Positions 18,744 through 28,401 of a DNA stretch of 64,000 nt are shown here, one piece after another (the first letter of the stretch is position 1; each line of letters begins with the position of its first letter). Source of the stretch: Bacteroidetes bacterium HLUCCA01 (GTDB taxonomy: Bacteria; Bacteroidota; Rhodothermia; Balneolales; HLUCCA01); the NCBI GenBank assembly GCA_001314545.1, contig LIHN01000019.1, positions 128,150-192,149 on the forward strand. Reading direction: 5' to 3'. A model generated the notes under the pieces. The model was not told the origin of the DNA. It ran no database searches and saw only the letters and a list, made by a program, of their open reading frames with translations. Made by a program: the position numbers and the translations under genes.

Positions 18744-20972
18744 ATGATCAAACCCAAGAATTCATCTGCTTCTGAACAAGTACGCATGGGGCTGGGAGGA
18801 GCTGTAGCACTTGGAATCGGCGCTATGGTCGGGGGTGGAATTCTGGCTCTGGCAGGGGTGGCTTTTTCGGTAACAGGCGCCTCGGCGTTGCTGGCTTTTA
18901 TCCTTAACGGAGTAATTGCCGTAATCATAGCCATGAGTTTCGCCGAAATGGCCTCCAAAACCCCGAAAAACGGTGGCATTTACACCTATGCCAAACGGGC
19001 GCTAAGCGTACAACTGGCTTTCGGAGTGGGATGGGTTGTTTGGCTGGCTTCCATCATGGCCTCGGTTTTCTACGCACTCGGGTTCGGAGTATTTACGGCC
19101 TTTACCCTGCAGCAAATTCCTGTAGACTGGCTGCAACAAGCCGCGGGGTCCCGAATCGTTGTGGTTTTGCTGTCCATAATTTCGGTCGGTTTTTATACCC
19201 TGAAGCTCTCCAGAGAGGTTCGGGTTGACGCCAGGCGCATCAATCTAATTAAAGTAGCTGTTTTTGCAGTACTGATTGCCGGTGGAATTGCCATCATTCC
19301 CGGCACGCCCCTTCAGGACCTTACCCTGCATTTCAGGCCCTTTTTCACCGGGGGTATCGGTGGACTGGCTGCAGCTATGGGGTATACCTTTGTAGCCATG
19401 CAGGGATTCGTCCTGGTGGCTTATGCTGCCGGTGACATCCGCAATCCCGAAAAAAACATACCTCGCGCATTGTTTTATACCATTGGAATAGGGATGGCCA
19501 TTTATATCCCGCTGCTGCTGGTTGTATTGATGGTAGGTATTCCGGAAGGCTCAACCCTTGCCGGGGTGAGTCGCGCCTACCCGGAAACCCTCATTGCCGT
19601 TGCGGCAGAGCACTACCTGGGTAAATTCGGTCTGTGGCTGGTGCTGATTGCCGGTACCATCTCCATGCTTACCGCATTGCAGGCCAATCTTTTTGCGGCC
19701 TCCCGGGTAGCCAACAGCATGGCTTCAGACCGCACCCTGCTTCCCCAGGTTTCACGACTCCACCGACGCTATGGCACTCCGGTGCGGGCCATACACCTGT
19801 CGGCCCTGCTTACCGTAATTTTCATAATGATGCTGCCGGATGTAGCTTCAGCGGCCGCAGCTTCCTCGCTGATTTTCCTTCTGAGTTTTGCCCTGGCCCA
19901 GCTGGTCCTTATTCTGATGCGCAAACGATCGCCCGGCAAGAAACCTACCCATTTTCAGGTTCCTTTTTTCCCGGCACTTCCCATTGCCGGTATTGCCATA
20001 ACACTTTCACTGGCCTTGTTTCAATCGGTCGTTGTACCATCTGCCGGGGTCATAACGCTCATCTGGCTGTTCATCGGCTCCCTGCTGTTCATTGCTTTTT
20101 TCCTGAAACATGCCCTGGTGGCGGATGTGTCGGAGGAAGCCCGAAACCCTGAAATCATCCGCCTGCGCGGAAATAGCCCCCTGCTGCTGCTGCCCATAAC
20201 CAATCCGGCCAACGTAGCCTCCAAAGTTTTTCTAGCCCAGGCGCTTTCCCCGCCCGTGGTAGGAAGAACCCTGCTGCTGAACATTGTAAATCGATCGGAA
20301 GATGCAGAACGCACCGCCCGTCAGGTAGAGGGATGTCGCGATGTGATCCACCAGGGACTCTCATCAGCGCTCGAGGCGTCCCTGAGGGCAGACACACTCA
20401 TTACGATTGCTGCAGACCCGTGGAAAGAAATCGAACGGGTTGCCCGCGCGCACCGATGTCAGACCCTGCTTATAGGTCCCGGTGAATTCACCGATGAAAA
20501 AACCACCCGACGTTTGGAACAGCTTATCAGCAGGGTACCGTGCGATGTGGTTGTACTCCGGCAGCCCTACACGGGCTGGAATATCAGCCAGGCTCGTAAA
20601 ATTCTGATTCCGGTGGCTGGTTTCGACAAACATGATCTGCTGCGAGCACGGATTGCTGCAAGTATCTGGCGCAGTTATCAACCCGAAATCACCTTCCAGC
20701 AGCTGGTTCCTGCAGGGGTGTCGAAAAAAGAACTACGAACTCAACGGCGACTGCTGCATCGTTTTGCCGAGGAAATCATTCCAACCGGTTTTAAAACCAG
20801 CATCAAGCAAAGCACGGATATTCCGGCTACTCTCGTTCACGAAGTCAGCCAGCATGATCTGGTCATCATCGGCCTTGGCAGGCTTTTGCCCGGCGACAAG
20901 GCGTTTGGACCCATCCCAATGGATATCATCAAGAAAACCAATACCGCTGCCATTTTCATCAGCCATAACTAG
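18744..20972 (+). CDS. APC-superfamily amino acid/polyamine permease fused to C-terminal tandem universal-stress-protein (Usp) domains
   Basis: About 12 TM, N-terminal GLGGAVALGIGAMVGGGILALAG. The C-terminal roughly 260 aa carries two Usp-like units (LLLLPITNPANV.. and ILIPVAGFDKHD..DLVIIGLG). Confidence 0.85.
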   Translation: MIKPKNSSASEQVRMGLGGAVALGIGAMVGGGILALAGVAFSVTGASALLAFILNGVIAVIIAMSFAEMASKTPKNGGIYTYAKRALSVQLAFGVGWVVWLASIMASVFYALGFGVFTAFTLQQIPVDWLQQAAGSRIVVVLLSIISVGFYTLKLSREVRVDARRINLIKVAVFAVLIAGGIAIIPGTPLQDLTLHFRPFFTGGIGGLAAAMGYTFVAMQGFVLVAYAAGDIRNPEKNIPRALFYTIGIGMAIYIPLLLVVLMVGIPEGSTLAGVSRAYPETLIAVAAEHYLGKFGLWLVLIAGTISMLTALQANLFAASRVANSMASDRTLLPQVSRLHRRYGTPVRAIHLSALLTVIFIMMLPDVASAAAASSLIFLLSFALAQLVLILMRKRSPGKKPTHFQVPFFPALPIAGIAITLSLALFQSVVVPSAGVITLIWLFIGSLLFIAFFLKHALVADVSEEARNPEIIRLRGNSPLLLLPITNPANVASKVFLAQALSPPVVGRTLLLNIVNRSEDAERTARQVEGCRDVIHQGLSSALEASLRADTLITIAADPWKEIERVARAHRCQTLLIGPGEFTDEKTTRRLEQLISRVPCDVVVLRQPYTGWNISQARKILIPVAGFDKHDLLRARIAASIWRSYQPEITFQQLVPAGVSKKELRTQRRLLHRFAEEIIPTGFKTSIKQSTDIPATLVHEVSQHDLVIIGLGRLLPGDKAFGPIPMDIIKKTNTAAIFISHN

Positions 20973-21039
20973 CCCGGCATACCAAAGTTGACACCTTGTG
21001 GCCTTAATCAGATACCGGGGCTATTTGCCGCAAAGCAAG

Positions 21040-22194
21040 TCAGGCAGTAAAACGGCTCGTAATCCGGTCGGCAAGTTTTCGGATGCGCTTTGCCAAACCA
21101 CTTCGGTCTTCACTCTTGTCGGATTCAACCCTTCCGAGCAGAAACCCATATGGTTTGAGAGACTCCACCTCGTCACTCACTATTTTGAGTATCGCTCCCA
21201 GTGGTATGAATAAAATCATGCCGGCCAGTCCCCATATCTGAGAGCCGATAAGCAACAGCAGCAGGGTCATCAATGCGTTCATACTCACCTTGGAACCCAC
21301 AATTACCGGGGTAAAAAAGTTGCCCTCAAACAACTGAACCACGTAAAAGCCAGCCAGAATAGCCACGGGAAAAAGCAGCGAGTCCATGGTTATGAGACTG
21401 TACAAGATTGGTAAAATGGAGCCCATCAGCGGACCGATAAATGGGATTACGTTCAGCATAGCTGCAAAAACACCGAAAAATATGGCATGATCAACACCAA
21501 TAATCAACAGCATAGCAGAGTAGATAACAGCCAGAATTCCGATGACCATCAACAGTCCGGTTATGTAGTGCTGGATGAGCGTCTTGATACGGGAAATTAT
21601 AGCATCTACTTTCTCCTCTGTTGCTTTATCGCCCCGTGCAAAGGCTTTGCGCAGAAAGGTTTTGAGCATATCTCTGAACAGCAAAATCAGAAACATGAAA
21701 ACCGGCAGTAGCATCATCGTGGTGAGCGTAGATGCTGCACCAGTAATTCCTCTGGTCAGGGAAGCAGCATTTTCACGAACATACTCGGTTATACGGGTTA
21801 CGAGGTAGTCCAGATTAAGCTGTACATCCAGGTTAAAATATTGTGCAGCAATAGCATCCGCTGACTGCAGAATCTCCTCAAGTCGTTGTGTAAACATTTC
21901 AGCATCTTCAGCAAATCCACGAAGCTGCTCTATCAGGAAAAAGCCTACGAATAACAAAACCGCCAGGCTGAAGGTGATAGAAACTATGGCTGATAAGAAG
22001 CGTGGAACCCTATAACGCTCCATGAAATTACACATCGGCACGAGCAGAATCGCAAGAAAACCGGCAAACAATAAGGGCATCAACAAAGGTTTTGCTACAA
22101 TCATAGCGTATACCGTCAATATAACGGCGGCCATGGCATACGTATAGGTTACATACCAGGGTTGTGTGTAGGTACTACCTTCGCTCCCGCTCAT
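21040..22194 (-). CDS. AI-2E family transporter (PerM/YhhT-like)
   Basis: 384 aa polytopic protein with the family-typical segment AMLNVIPFIGPLMGSILPILYSL. 4-nt overlap with the upstream ABC-F stop. Confidence 0.85.
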   Translation of the reverse strand: MSGSEGSTYTQPWYVTYTYAMAAVILTVYAMIVAKPLLMPLLFAGFLAILLVPMCNFMERYRVPRFLSAIVSITFSLAVLLFVGFFLIEQLRGFAEDAEMFTQRLEEILQSADAIAAQYFNLDVQLNLDYLVTRITEYVRENAASLTRGITGAASTLTTMMLLPVFMFLILLFRDMLKTFLRKAFARGDKATEEKVDAIISRIKTLIQHYITGLLMVIGILAVIYSAMLLIIGVDHAIFFGVFAAMLNVIPFIGPLMGSILPILYSLITMDSLLFPVAILAGFYVVQLFEGNFFTPVIVGSKVSMNALMTLLLLLIGSQIWGLAGMILFIPLGAILKIVSDEVESLKPYGFLLGRVESDKSEDRSGLAKRIRKLADRITSRFTA

Positions 22195-24254
22195 ATTTCA
22201 TACTCCTGCTGTAATTGTTGTTCCTGTTTTTCGAGTTCTTCCAGTGTTTCCATCCACTCCATAGTAAACGTTTCAATCTCCTGTTGCAATCTGCCATGGC
22301 GTTTTATCACTTCAGCAGCATCCGGACCTGCATAAAATTCGGGATCAGCCAGGCGAACTTCCAGCATGGACTTCTCCTCCTCCCTGCCGGAGACCTCCCG
22401 CTCCAGTTTGGCGGCCTTATTCTGCAACGGTTTGAGTACTTTTTGAATTTCCGTACGCTTTTTGGCGTCCAGCTTGCGCTTTTCTTTCAGGTTGGGCGAT
22501 CCTGCCGACGACGCATCCGTTGCATCGGATTGCGGTTTTTGTTGAGCGGCTACCGGATTGGCACTTCCGGCTATTCCTGACTTCGCCGATGTGGCCTGTA
22601 CAGTGGCCTGCTCGTGATCCCGGGTCGATTTCCATTCGTAGTAGTCATACCCGCCGTCGTATTCGGTAACCTTCCCGCTGCCTACCCGCCATATTTTCGT
22701 GGCAAAGCCCTGCAAAAAATGACGGTCGTGCGATACCACAATCAAGGTCCCCTTGAAATCCCGAAGGGCTTGCACCAGTACGTTTTTGGAGGCCAGATCC
22801 AGGTGGTTGGTCGGTTCATCCAGCACCAGTACATTAGCCGGTGTCAGCAGCGTACGGGCCAGGGCTACACGACTCCGCTCTCCGCCGCTGAGCACGCGGA
22901 TGGGTTTAAAAACATCGTCCCCACGAAACAGGAAGCAACCCAGCAAATTCCGGATACCGGACCGGGCTTCACTGGTCGGAGCAGCTTCCTCCATCACTTC
23001 AAGAACAGAGCGGTCGCTGCTGAGAACATCAGCCAGGTGCTGGGCAAAGTAAGACAGGATCACGTTGTGCCCCAGTTTACGAGACCCTTCAAACGGCTCA
23101 ATACCGTCCATGATTCGTGCGAGGGTCGATTTCCCGGTACCGTTAGCACCGATAAGCGCAATTTTCTCTCCGGCTTCAATGTGCAGGGCCTGACCGGAGG
23201 TGAATACCGTTACAGGCGATTCCCCGGGTGCCGGAGCCGGATAGGTTTTTCGAAGGTTTTCCATCGTAAGCACAACGCGGCCACTACGCGGGGGCTCCGG
23301 GAAGCGAAAACTGACTTCAGCCGCATCAGCCTCCGGGGCATCAACCAGCTCCATTTTTTCCAGGCTCTTGACCCGACTCTGCACCTGACGGGCTTTAGTA
23401 GCTTTCGCCCGGAATCGTTCAATAAATCGCTCTGTATCGGCAATCTGCTTCTGCTGCGAATCGTATGCACGCGCCTGCAGGTCCATTTGCTCGGCACGAA
23501 GCTCTACATAGCGCTCATAGTTGCCGGGATACATGTAGACCCTGCGCGAACGCAGATCCGCTATCTGATTGATCATCCGGTCCATAAAATACCGGTCGTG
23601 ACTCACCAGTATGACGGCCCCGTCGTAATTCTGCAGATACTGTTCCAGCCATGCGATGGAGTCAATATCCAGGTGGTTGGTAGGTTCATCCAGCAGCAGT
23701 ACATCCGGGTGTTCCAGCAGGAGTTTACCGAGCAGTACACGCATCCTCCATCCACCGCTGAAACGGGACAGCGGCTGATGCAATTGCTCCGTAGTAAAAC
23801 CAAGTCCTTCCAGCACGGCACCAGCGCGGGCCTCCTTGCTGTCTCCCTCCAGCACCGCGTATCGGTCTTGCAGACGCTGCATGTCTTCGAGGAGTTTCAT
23901 GTAGGCATCCGACTCATAATCGGTGGTCTGCTCCAGCGCCGCATATATGGCCTCGAGTTTCCTTTCGATGTCGGATGCCTCCTGAAATGCCGTGAGTGCC
24001 ACCTCCAGTACCGTCCGGTCCAGACTTATTTCGAGTACTTCCTGCTCCAGATAGCCTACTGATGCGTTGCTTTCAAAGGTTACAGAGCCCTCCTCAGGCT
24101 GAATTTTGCCGGATATGAGGCGGAGAAGTGTGGTTTTTCCCGCTCCGTTGGGACCAATAAGCCCGATACGATCGCCTTTGTTGGCCTGCAGATTGAGTCC
24201 GGAAAACAGGCATCGGTCGCCGATGAAGTAGGTAATTCCTGCCAGATGTAGCAT
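22191..24254 (-). CDS. ABC-F family ATPase (two ABC domains, no TM)
   Basis: Walker A GPNGAGKTT and GANGTGKST, signatures LSGGWRMR and LSGGERSR, charged coiled-coil C-terminus. Start at MLHLAGITYF (24254) is preferred over 24290. Confidence 0.9.
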   Translation of the reverse strand: MLHLAGITYFIGDRCLFSGLNLQANKGDRIGLIGPNGAGKTTLLRLISGKIQPEEGSVTFESNASVGYLEQEVLEISLDRTVLEVALTAFQEASDIERKLEAIYAALEQTTDYESDAYMKLLEDMQRLQDRYAVLEGDSKEARAGAVLEGLGFTTEQLHQPLSRFSGGWRMRVLLGKLLLEHPDVLLLDEPTNHLDIDSIAWLEQYLQNYDGAVILVSHDRYFMDRMINQIADLRSRRVYMYPGNYERYVELRAEQMDLQARAYDSQQKQIADTERFIERFRAKATKARQVQSRVKSLEKMELVDAPEADAAEVSFRFPEPPRSGRVVLTMENLRKTYPAPAPGESPVTVFTSGQALHIEAGEKIALIGANGTGKSTLARIMDGIEPFEGSRKLGHNVILSYFAQHLADVLSSDRSVLEVMEEAAPTSEARSGIRNLLGCFLFRGDDVFKPIRVLSGGERSRVALARTLLTPANVLVLDEPTNHLDLASKNVLVQALRDFKGTLIVVSHDRHFLQGFATKIWRVGSGKVTEYDGGYDYYEWKSTRDHEQATVQATSAKSGIAGSANPVAAQQKPQSDATDASSAGSPNLKEKRKLDAKKRTEIQKVLKPLQNKAAKLEREVSGREEEKSMLEVRLADPEFYAGPDAAEVIKRHGRLQQEIETFTMEWMETLEELEKQEQQLQQEYEI

Positions 24255-24378
24255 GTGTGATGTTTGAGCCGTGTTAAAAATACGTGGCAAAATACGCAGA
24301 ATAGCTGTCTTCTTCGCCTGTATTCAACGAGTGGGATGCGGTCTTCTGCGGGGAAGTCCCGCTCGGGATTGGCGTTCC

Positions 24379-27300
24379 TTATTCTGCTGCCAGACCGGCG
24401 GGGAGGTCAATCCAGAACGTAGCCCCCTGTCCGGGTTCACTCTCACAACGCACCGCAGCGCCCAGGGCATCAGCGAGGCGCTTGACAATAGACAATCCCA
24501 GCCCGGTAGTCTGCTCTCCGGCCGTGGGTTTTGCACTGAGCCGCTGAAACTTTCCAAACAGCTTGGTTTTGTCTGATTCCGTGAGGCCCGGACCCCGATC
24601 ACGCACCCCAATGTGAACATGGTAGTCAGAGGAGTTGAGAATAAGGTGCACACGTTGGTCTGCCGGTGAAAATTTAACGGCGTTACTCAGCAGATTATCC
24701 AATATTTGCTCCAGCAATGCTTCATCTGTATCGATTTCGGGGTGGAGCCCCTCTGTGACAAACTCAACAACTATGCCCTTGACCGCGGCCTTTTCACGAT
24801 ACGATTCAGCCATGGAACGGCAAAACTTAACCAGGTCGACCCGCTGTTTTTTCACCTCAATGATACCGCTTTCCAAGCTCTGATGATCCAGAATACGGTT
24901 TACCATGGCCAGTTGCTTTCTGAGGATGTCTTCCATAGTCGTATACAACTCCTCCTGTTCTTCCCGATTGAGTTCAGGCTGAAGCTGCAATAACTGCAGG
25001 GCACTCAGAACACTGGTAGCAGGACTCCGAAGATCATGGGCCACAATCCCGATCAGACTGTTCTTTTCGTGATTGAGTGAAACGAGTTGTTTATTGATAT
25101 GTTCAAGCTGCTTGCTTTTAGCCAGGATGATGGCATTCTGCTCAGCTACTTTCGCATTTTTGGCCTGTAGTTTGACGGTCTGCCCACGCAGTTCGGCGTA
25201 GCTTTTCAGAAGTTCCTCGCTTTTTTCCGCAAGATCACGGGTGCGCCGGGCTACCAGCCTTTCCAGCTCTGCCTGTCGCTGACGTGATACCCGGCTCCAG
25301 TTAACAAAAAGCAGGGCAACCGTGGATAGCCCCAGAATTGCAGTCAGTATCCAAAACCAGTTGGTCTGGTAGAAAAAAGGCTCCATAACAAGGGTAATAG
25401 ACGCCTGATTCGGGCTCCAGACTCCGGCACTGTTGGTTGCCTTAACTTCGAAATAATGCGTCCCCGGTGGCAGGCTCGCATAGCTGACCGAGCTGCGATT
25501 CCCGATGTAGGTCCAGTCTGTGCTGAGACCGGCAATACGATAAGCGTACTGATTTTTGTCCGGATCAGAGAAATCCAGGGATGCGAACTCAATAGTAATA
25601 AATCCCCGGCCGGCACTGATCTGCACAGGCTGGTCCGCATCCGCAACCGGAAAGGTCTCGTTTTCAACAGACAGACCGGAAATCACCACACGCGGTTCAT
25701 AATCATTGCGTGTAATATTTCGGGGATTGAATGACGTAAGACCGTTGGTACCGCCGAAATACAGCACACCCTGTGCATCGCGAAATGCCGAGCCCCACCA
25801 GAAATCATTGCCCTGCAATCCATCTGACTCGGTGTAATTCACGAGGGACTCATCCTCGGGATTGAACCGGAACAACCCGCTGCTGCTGCTCAGCCACAAA
25901 TTTCCGTCCTGATCAGGTAAAATTGCAAAGATGACGTTATTCGGCAGCCCCGTCTGCTCAGTGTAGTATTTAATCCGCCCTGATGCCGGATCAAGACGAT
26001 TTAATCCGCCACCGAAGGTTCCTATCCAGAGATAGTTTCCATCGTCGTACAAGGAAATTACGTGGTTACTGCTGAGCGTATTGAGGTCCACAGGATCAGA
26101 CAGATACCGCGTTGCCCGATTTGAATCAGCATCGTACAGACTGAGGCCCTGCCAGCTGGCTACCCAGAATATCCCGGGTGATTTTTCCAGAAACCCAAGG
26201 GTCTGCAGACTGTTTCCGGCAAGTGTGCCGGTATCATCAGGTTCTGATTTGATTCGCTGAAAAACACCGGTATCCCGGTCAAACCGATTCAGTCCATTTT
26301 CGGTACCTACCCAGTATTGACCCCGGGAGTCTATATGCACAAACTGGATACGATCGTCAGACAGGCTTTGTGAATTGGCAGCCTCGTAACGATAAACCAT
26401 CAAATCAGGAGAATCCGGGTGATAGTAGTGCAGACCGCCTCCCCAGGTACCAATCCACAGCCCTCCGTCCGGATCCGGTGTAAAGGATGTGATCTCGTTA
26501 CTTTGCAACCCCGACGGGTACCTGCTTTGGGTGTCAATAGATCGGATCAGGGCGTAGTTATCCGAATCAAGGATATGTATTCCTCCTCCTTCAGTGCCAA
26601 TCCAAAGTTCATCGTCGCTCAGGTGTATAGCCCTTACAAAACCCCGGCTCAGCTCCCCGTCCCTGTCAAATTCGGCGGTCAGAATATTTTCGAAGGCTCC
26701 CCGGATTTTCAGCTTGTTCAGGCCTGCGTTCCGGGTACCAACCCACACAATTCCGTTACTGTCTGTGAAGATACTGCGTACTTCATTGGAGGAAAGACTA
26801 CGTATGGTGCTGGGATTAAACTGAAAATGAAGAACAAGCTCTCCGCCTGAAGGGTCATAGATAACTATGCCGAGGTTCGAACCAATCCAGATATTACCGC
26901 GTTCATCCTGTTGAATGGCATAAATGGTGGACCGCGAGAATCCATTAAGGCGGTCAAGAGCGCGAATACGTCGGGGACCGGGTTCACCGGGTGCCATGCG
27001 GAGCAGTCCGGCCTGCACCGTTCCAATCCAGATTGTGCCATCAGAGGATTCCATCAGTGCACTGACCCGATCGGTATTCAGGTTGTTTTGATCCGGTGAA
27101 AAACGCCGGTAGGAACCATCGGTTCGGATGTGAATCAGTCCGGACTGGTCTGTACCCACCCAGTCAGAGCCATCGCGCGCGCGCAGCACCACCGAAGACT
27201 GAATGAAATGCCGCTCACGTGTTGCAGGCAGGGATTTCCGTGTGAAATCCAGGGTGTTCAGATTGAATTCAAAATAGGCATCCCCACCGTGTGAGCTGAT

Positions 27301-27738
27301 AACGAGGTGCTCTCCGGACTGCTGTATGCTTCGAAAATCGTAGGTTCCCGTGACGCTTTCAGGATGGTCGCCATCGGGTACAAAATTGGTAAAATCCCCC
27401 CTGGTGGGATTGAACAAAGACAACCCCCCGCCCTGAGGCAGAACCCATAACCTTCCGCGGTCATCTGTAAAAACAGCACGGATGTTGTTATTGGGCAATG
27501 ATGCAGGATTTCTGACCTCGGATTTATACACTTCAAAGCGGATACCATCGTAACGATACAACCCATCACTGGTGGCAAACCATAAAAATCCGGTAGAATC
27601 TTGTGTGACAGAGGCGATGTGGGCGGGTATAAGATCCGGGTGTGTAAACCGTTCAACCACAAAATCATGATTGCTGCTGAGCAATACAGCAGGAATCATC
27701 AGCACAAATACAGTGGCAAGGCGAATGGTATTCATCAC
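24379..27738 (-). CDS. Sensor histidine kinase with beta-propeller repeats plus Y_Y_Y domain; paralogue of 11493..14843
   Basis: Same architecture and many shared strings (EKNSLIGIVAHDLRSP, YLWIGTFGGGLNR, GNRSSVSYASLPPG, GLGLSIVK, GATFWI). No receiver or DNA-binding domain. Confidence 0.85.
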   Translation of the reverse strand: MMNTIRLATVFVLMIPAVLLSSNHDFVVERFTHPDLIPAHIASVTQDSTGFLWFATSDGLYRYDGIRFEVYKSEVRNPASLPNNNIRAVFTDDRGRLWVLPQGGGLSLFNPTRGDFTNFVPDGDHPESVTGTYDFRSIQQSGEHLVISSHGGDAYFEFNLNTLDFTRKSLPATRERHFIQSSVVLRARDGSDWVGTDQSGLIHIRTDGSYRRFSPDQNNLNTDRVSALMESSDGTIWIGTVQAGLLRMAPGEPGPRRIRALDRLNGFSRSTIYAIQQDERGNIWIGSNLGIVIYDPSGGELVLHFQFNPSTIRSLSSNEVRSIFTDSNGIVWVGTRNAGLNKLKIRGAFENILTAEFDRDGELSRGFVRAIHLSDDELWIGTEGGGIHILDSDNYALIRSIDTQSRYPSGLQSNEITSFTPDPDGGLWIGTWGGGLHYYHPDSPDLMVYRYEAANSQSLSDDRIQFVHIDSRGQYWVGTENGLNRFDRDTGVFQRIKSEPDDTGTLAGNSLQTLGFLEKSPGIFWVASWQGLSLYDADSNRATRYLSDPVDLNTLSSNHVISLYDDGNYLWIGTFGGGLNRLDPASGRIKYYTEQTGLPNNVIFAILPDQDGNLWLSSSSGLFRFNPEDESLVNYTESDGLQGNDFWWGSAFRDAQGVLYFGGTNGLTSFNPRNITRNDYEPRVVISGLSVENETFPVADADQPVQISAGRGFITIEFASLDFSDPDKNQYAYRIAGLSTDWTYIGNRSSVSYASLPPGTHYFEVKATNSAGVWSPNQASITLVMEPFFYQTNWFWILTAILGLSTVALLFVNWSRVSRQRQAELERLVARRTRDLAEKSEELLKSYAELRGQTVKLQAKNAKVAEQNAIILAKSKQLEHINKQLVSLNHEKNSLIGIVAHDLRSPATSVLSALQLLQLQPELNREEQEELYTTMEDILRKQLAMVNRILDHQSLESGIIEVKKQRVDLVKFCRSMAESYREKAAVKGIVVEFVTEGLHPEIDTDEALLEQILDNLLSNAVKFSPADQRVHLILNSSDYHVHIGVRDRGPGLTESDKTKLFGKFQRLSAKPTAGEQTTGLGLSIVKRLADALGAAVRCESEPGQGATFWIDLPAGLAAE

Positions 27739-27852
27739 ACTCTAAAGCAAAGCAAACAAGTTTAGCCTAAGTTACTACTATCCGGGGTATTTTACGATGC
27801 CGCAGATTCCCCCCCGTTGAATTCAAACTATATATAAAAGCGGTGTTTTTTA

Positions 27853-27884
27853 ATTGAAATAATACTCTGGAGGTCGTATATTTG
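27853..27884 (+). promoter_or_regulatory. Candidate Bacteroidota-type promoter for rpsU
   Basis: TATATTTG at 27877..27884 fits the TAnnTTTG -7 consensus. A TTG at 27853..27855 lies 21 nt upstream. About 50 nt from the rpsU ATG. Confidence 0.35.
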
Positions 27885-27933
27885 ACTTCTGTATTTATTT
27901 CATATAACAGTATAACCCATACACACGCTCTTT

Positions 27934-28128
27934 ATGATCGGTATTAAAATCAAAGATAACGAAAGCATTGACCGCGCTATTAACCGCTTCAAAAAAATGG
28001 TTACCCGTTCACGTCTTATGGTTGAGTTCAAAGAACGGCAGCAATACCGCAAGCCCTCAGAAGTCAAGCGCGAAGATATGAAAAAGAGCGTTCGTGACGA
28101 GCGTCGACGTCAGCGCGACAATTACTAA
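27934..28128 (+). CDS. rpsU: 30S ribosomal protein S21
   Basis: 64 aa basic protein. IDRAINRFKKMVTRSRLMVEFKERQQYRKPSE is typical of S21. Confidence 0.95.
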   Translation: MIGIKIKDNESIDRAINRFKKMVTRSRLMVEFKERQQYRKPSEVKREDMKKSVRDERRRQRDNY

Positions 28129-28177
28129 AGCTCAGGGGTTCCGGCTAAAGCCGGTTCTATACTGTTTTTCGAATTAC

Positions 28178-28209
28178 GGCTGCGTACCTCAGGTATGGCA
28201 GCCTTTTTT
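28178..28209 (+). terminator. Rho-independent terminator downstream of rpsU (first unit of the tandem repeat)
   Basis: GGCTGC..TACC-TCA-GGTA..GCAGCC hairpin followed by TTTTTT (28204..28209). Confidence 0.6.
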
Positions 28210-28358
28210 ATGTTCTTTACCAGGTAATACCATCATGCCCCTACCTTGCGTACCCTCAGGTATGGCAGCCTTTTTTTTTGTTCTCTACCTGGTAATACCA
28301 TCATGCCCCTACCTTGCGTACCCTCAGGTATGGCAGCCTTTTTTTGTTCTCTACCAGG
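28181..28358 (+). repeat. Tandem repeat, 2.7 copies of a 66-68 bp unit each containing a hairpin plus T-run
   Basis: Hand alignment: copy 1 is 28181..28246, copy 2 is 28247..28314, copy 3 (partial) is 28315..28358. Unit: TGCGTACC(C)TCAGGTATGGCAGCC-T(6-9)-GTTCTCTACC(T)GGTAATACCATCATGCCCCTACCT. Only a few substitutions/indels separate the copies. Confidence 0.85.
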
Positions 28359-28401
28359 GATATGAGGTTCTTCCCACCCTGATTCACCATCATCCGCGGG
28401 T

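Noticed and set aside
22614-24062. 482-aa ORF antisense to the ABC-F gene
   Set aside because: It has no recognisable motifs and an Arg/Gln/Phe-rich composition typical of antisense translation. The opposite strand carries two complete ABC cassettes.
28181-28358. Possible CRISPR array (regularly repeated sequence)
   Set aside because: The 66-68 bp units are directly contiguous with no unique spacers. There are only 2.7 copies, each unit contains a T-run, and no cas genes are in the window. It is a tandem repeat, not a CRISPR array.
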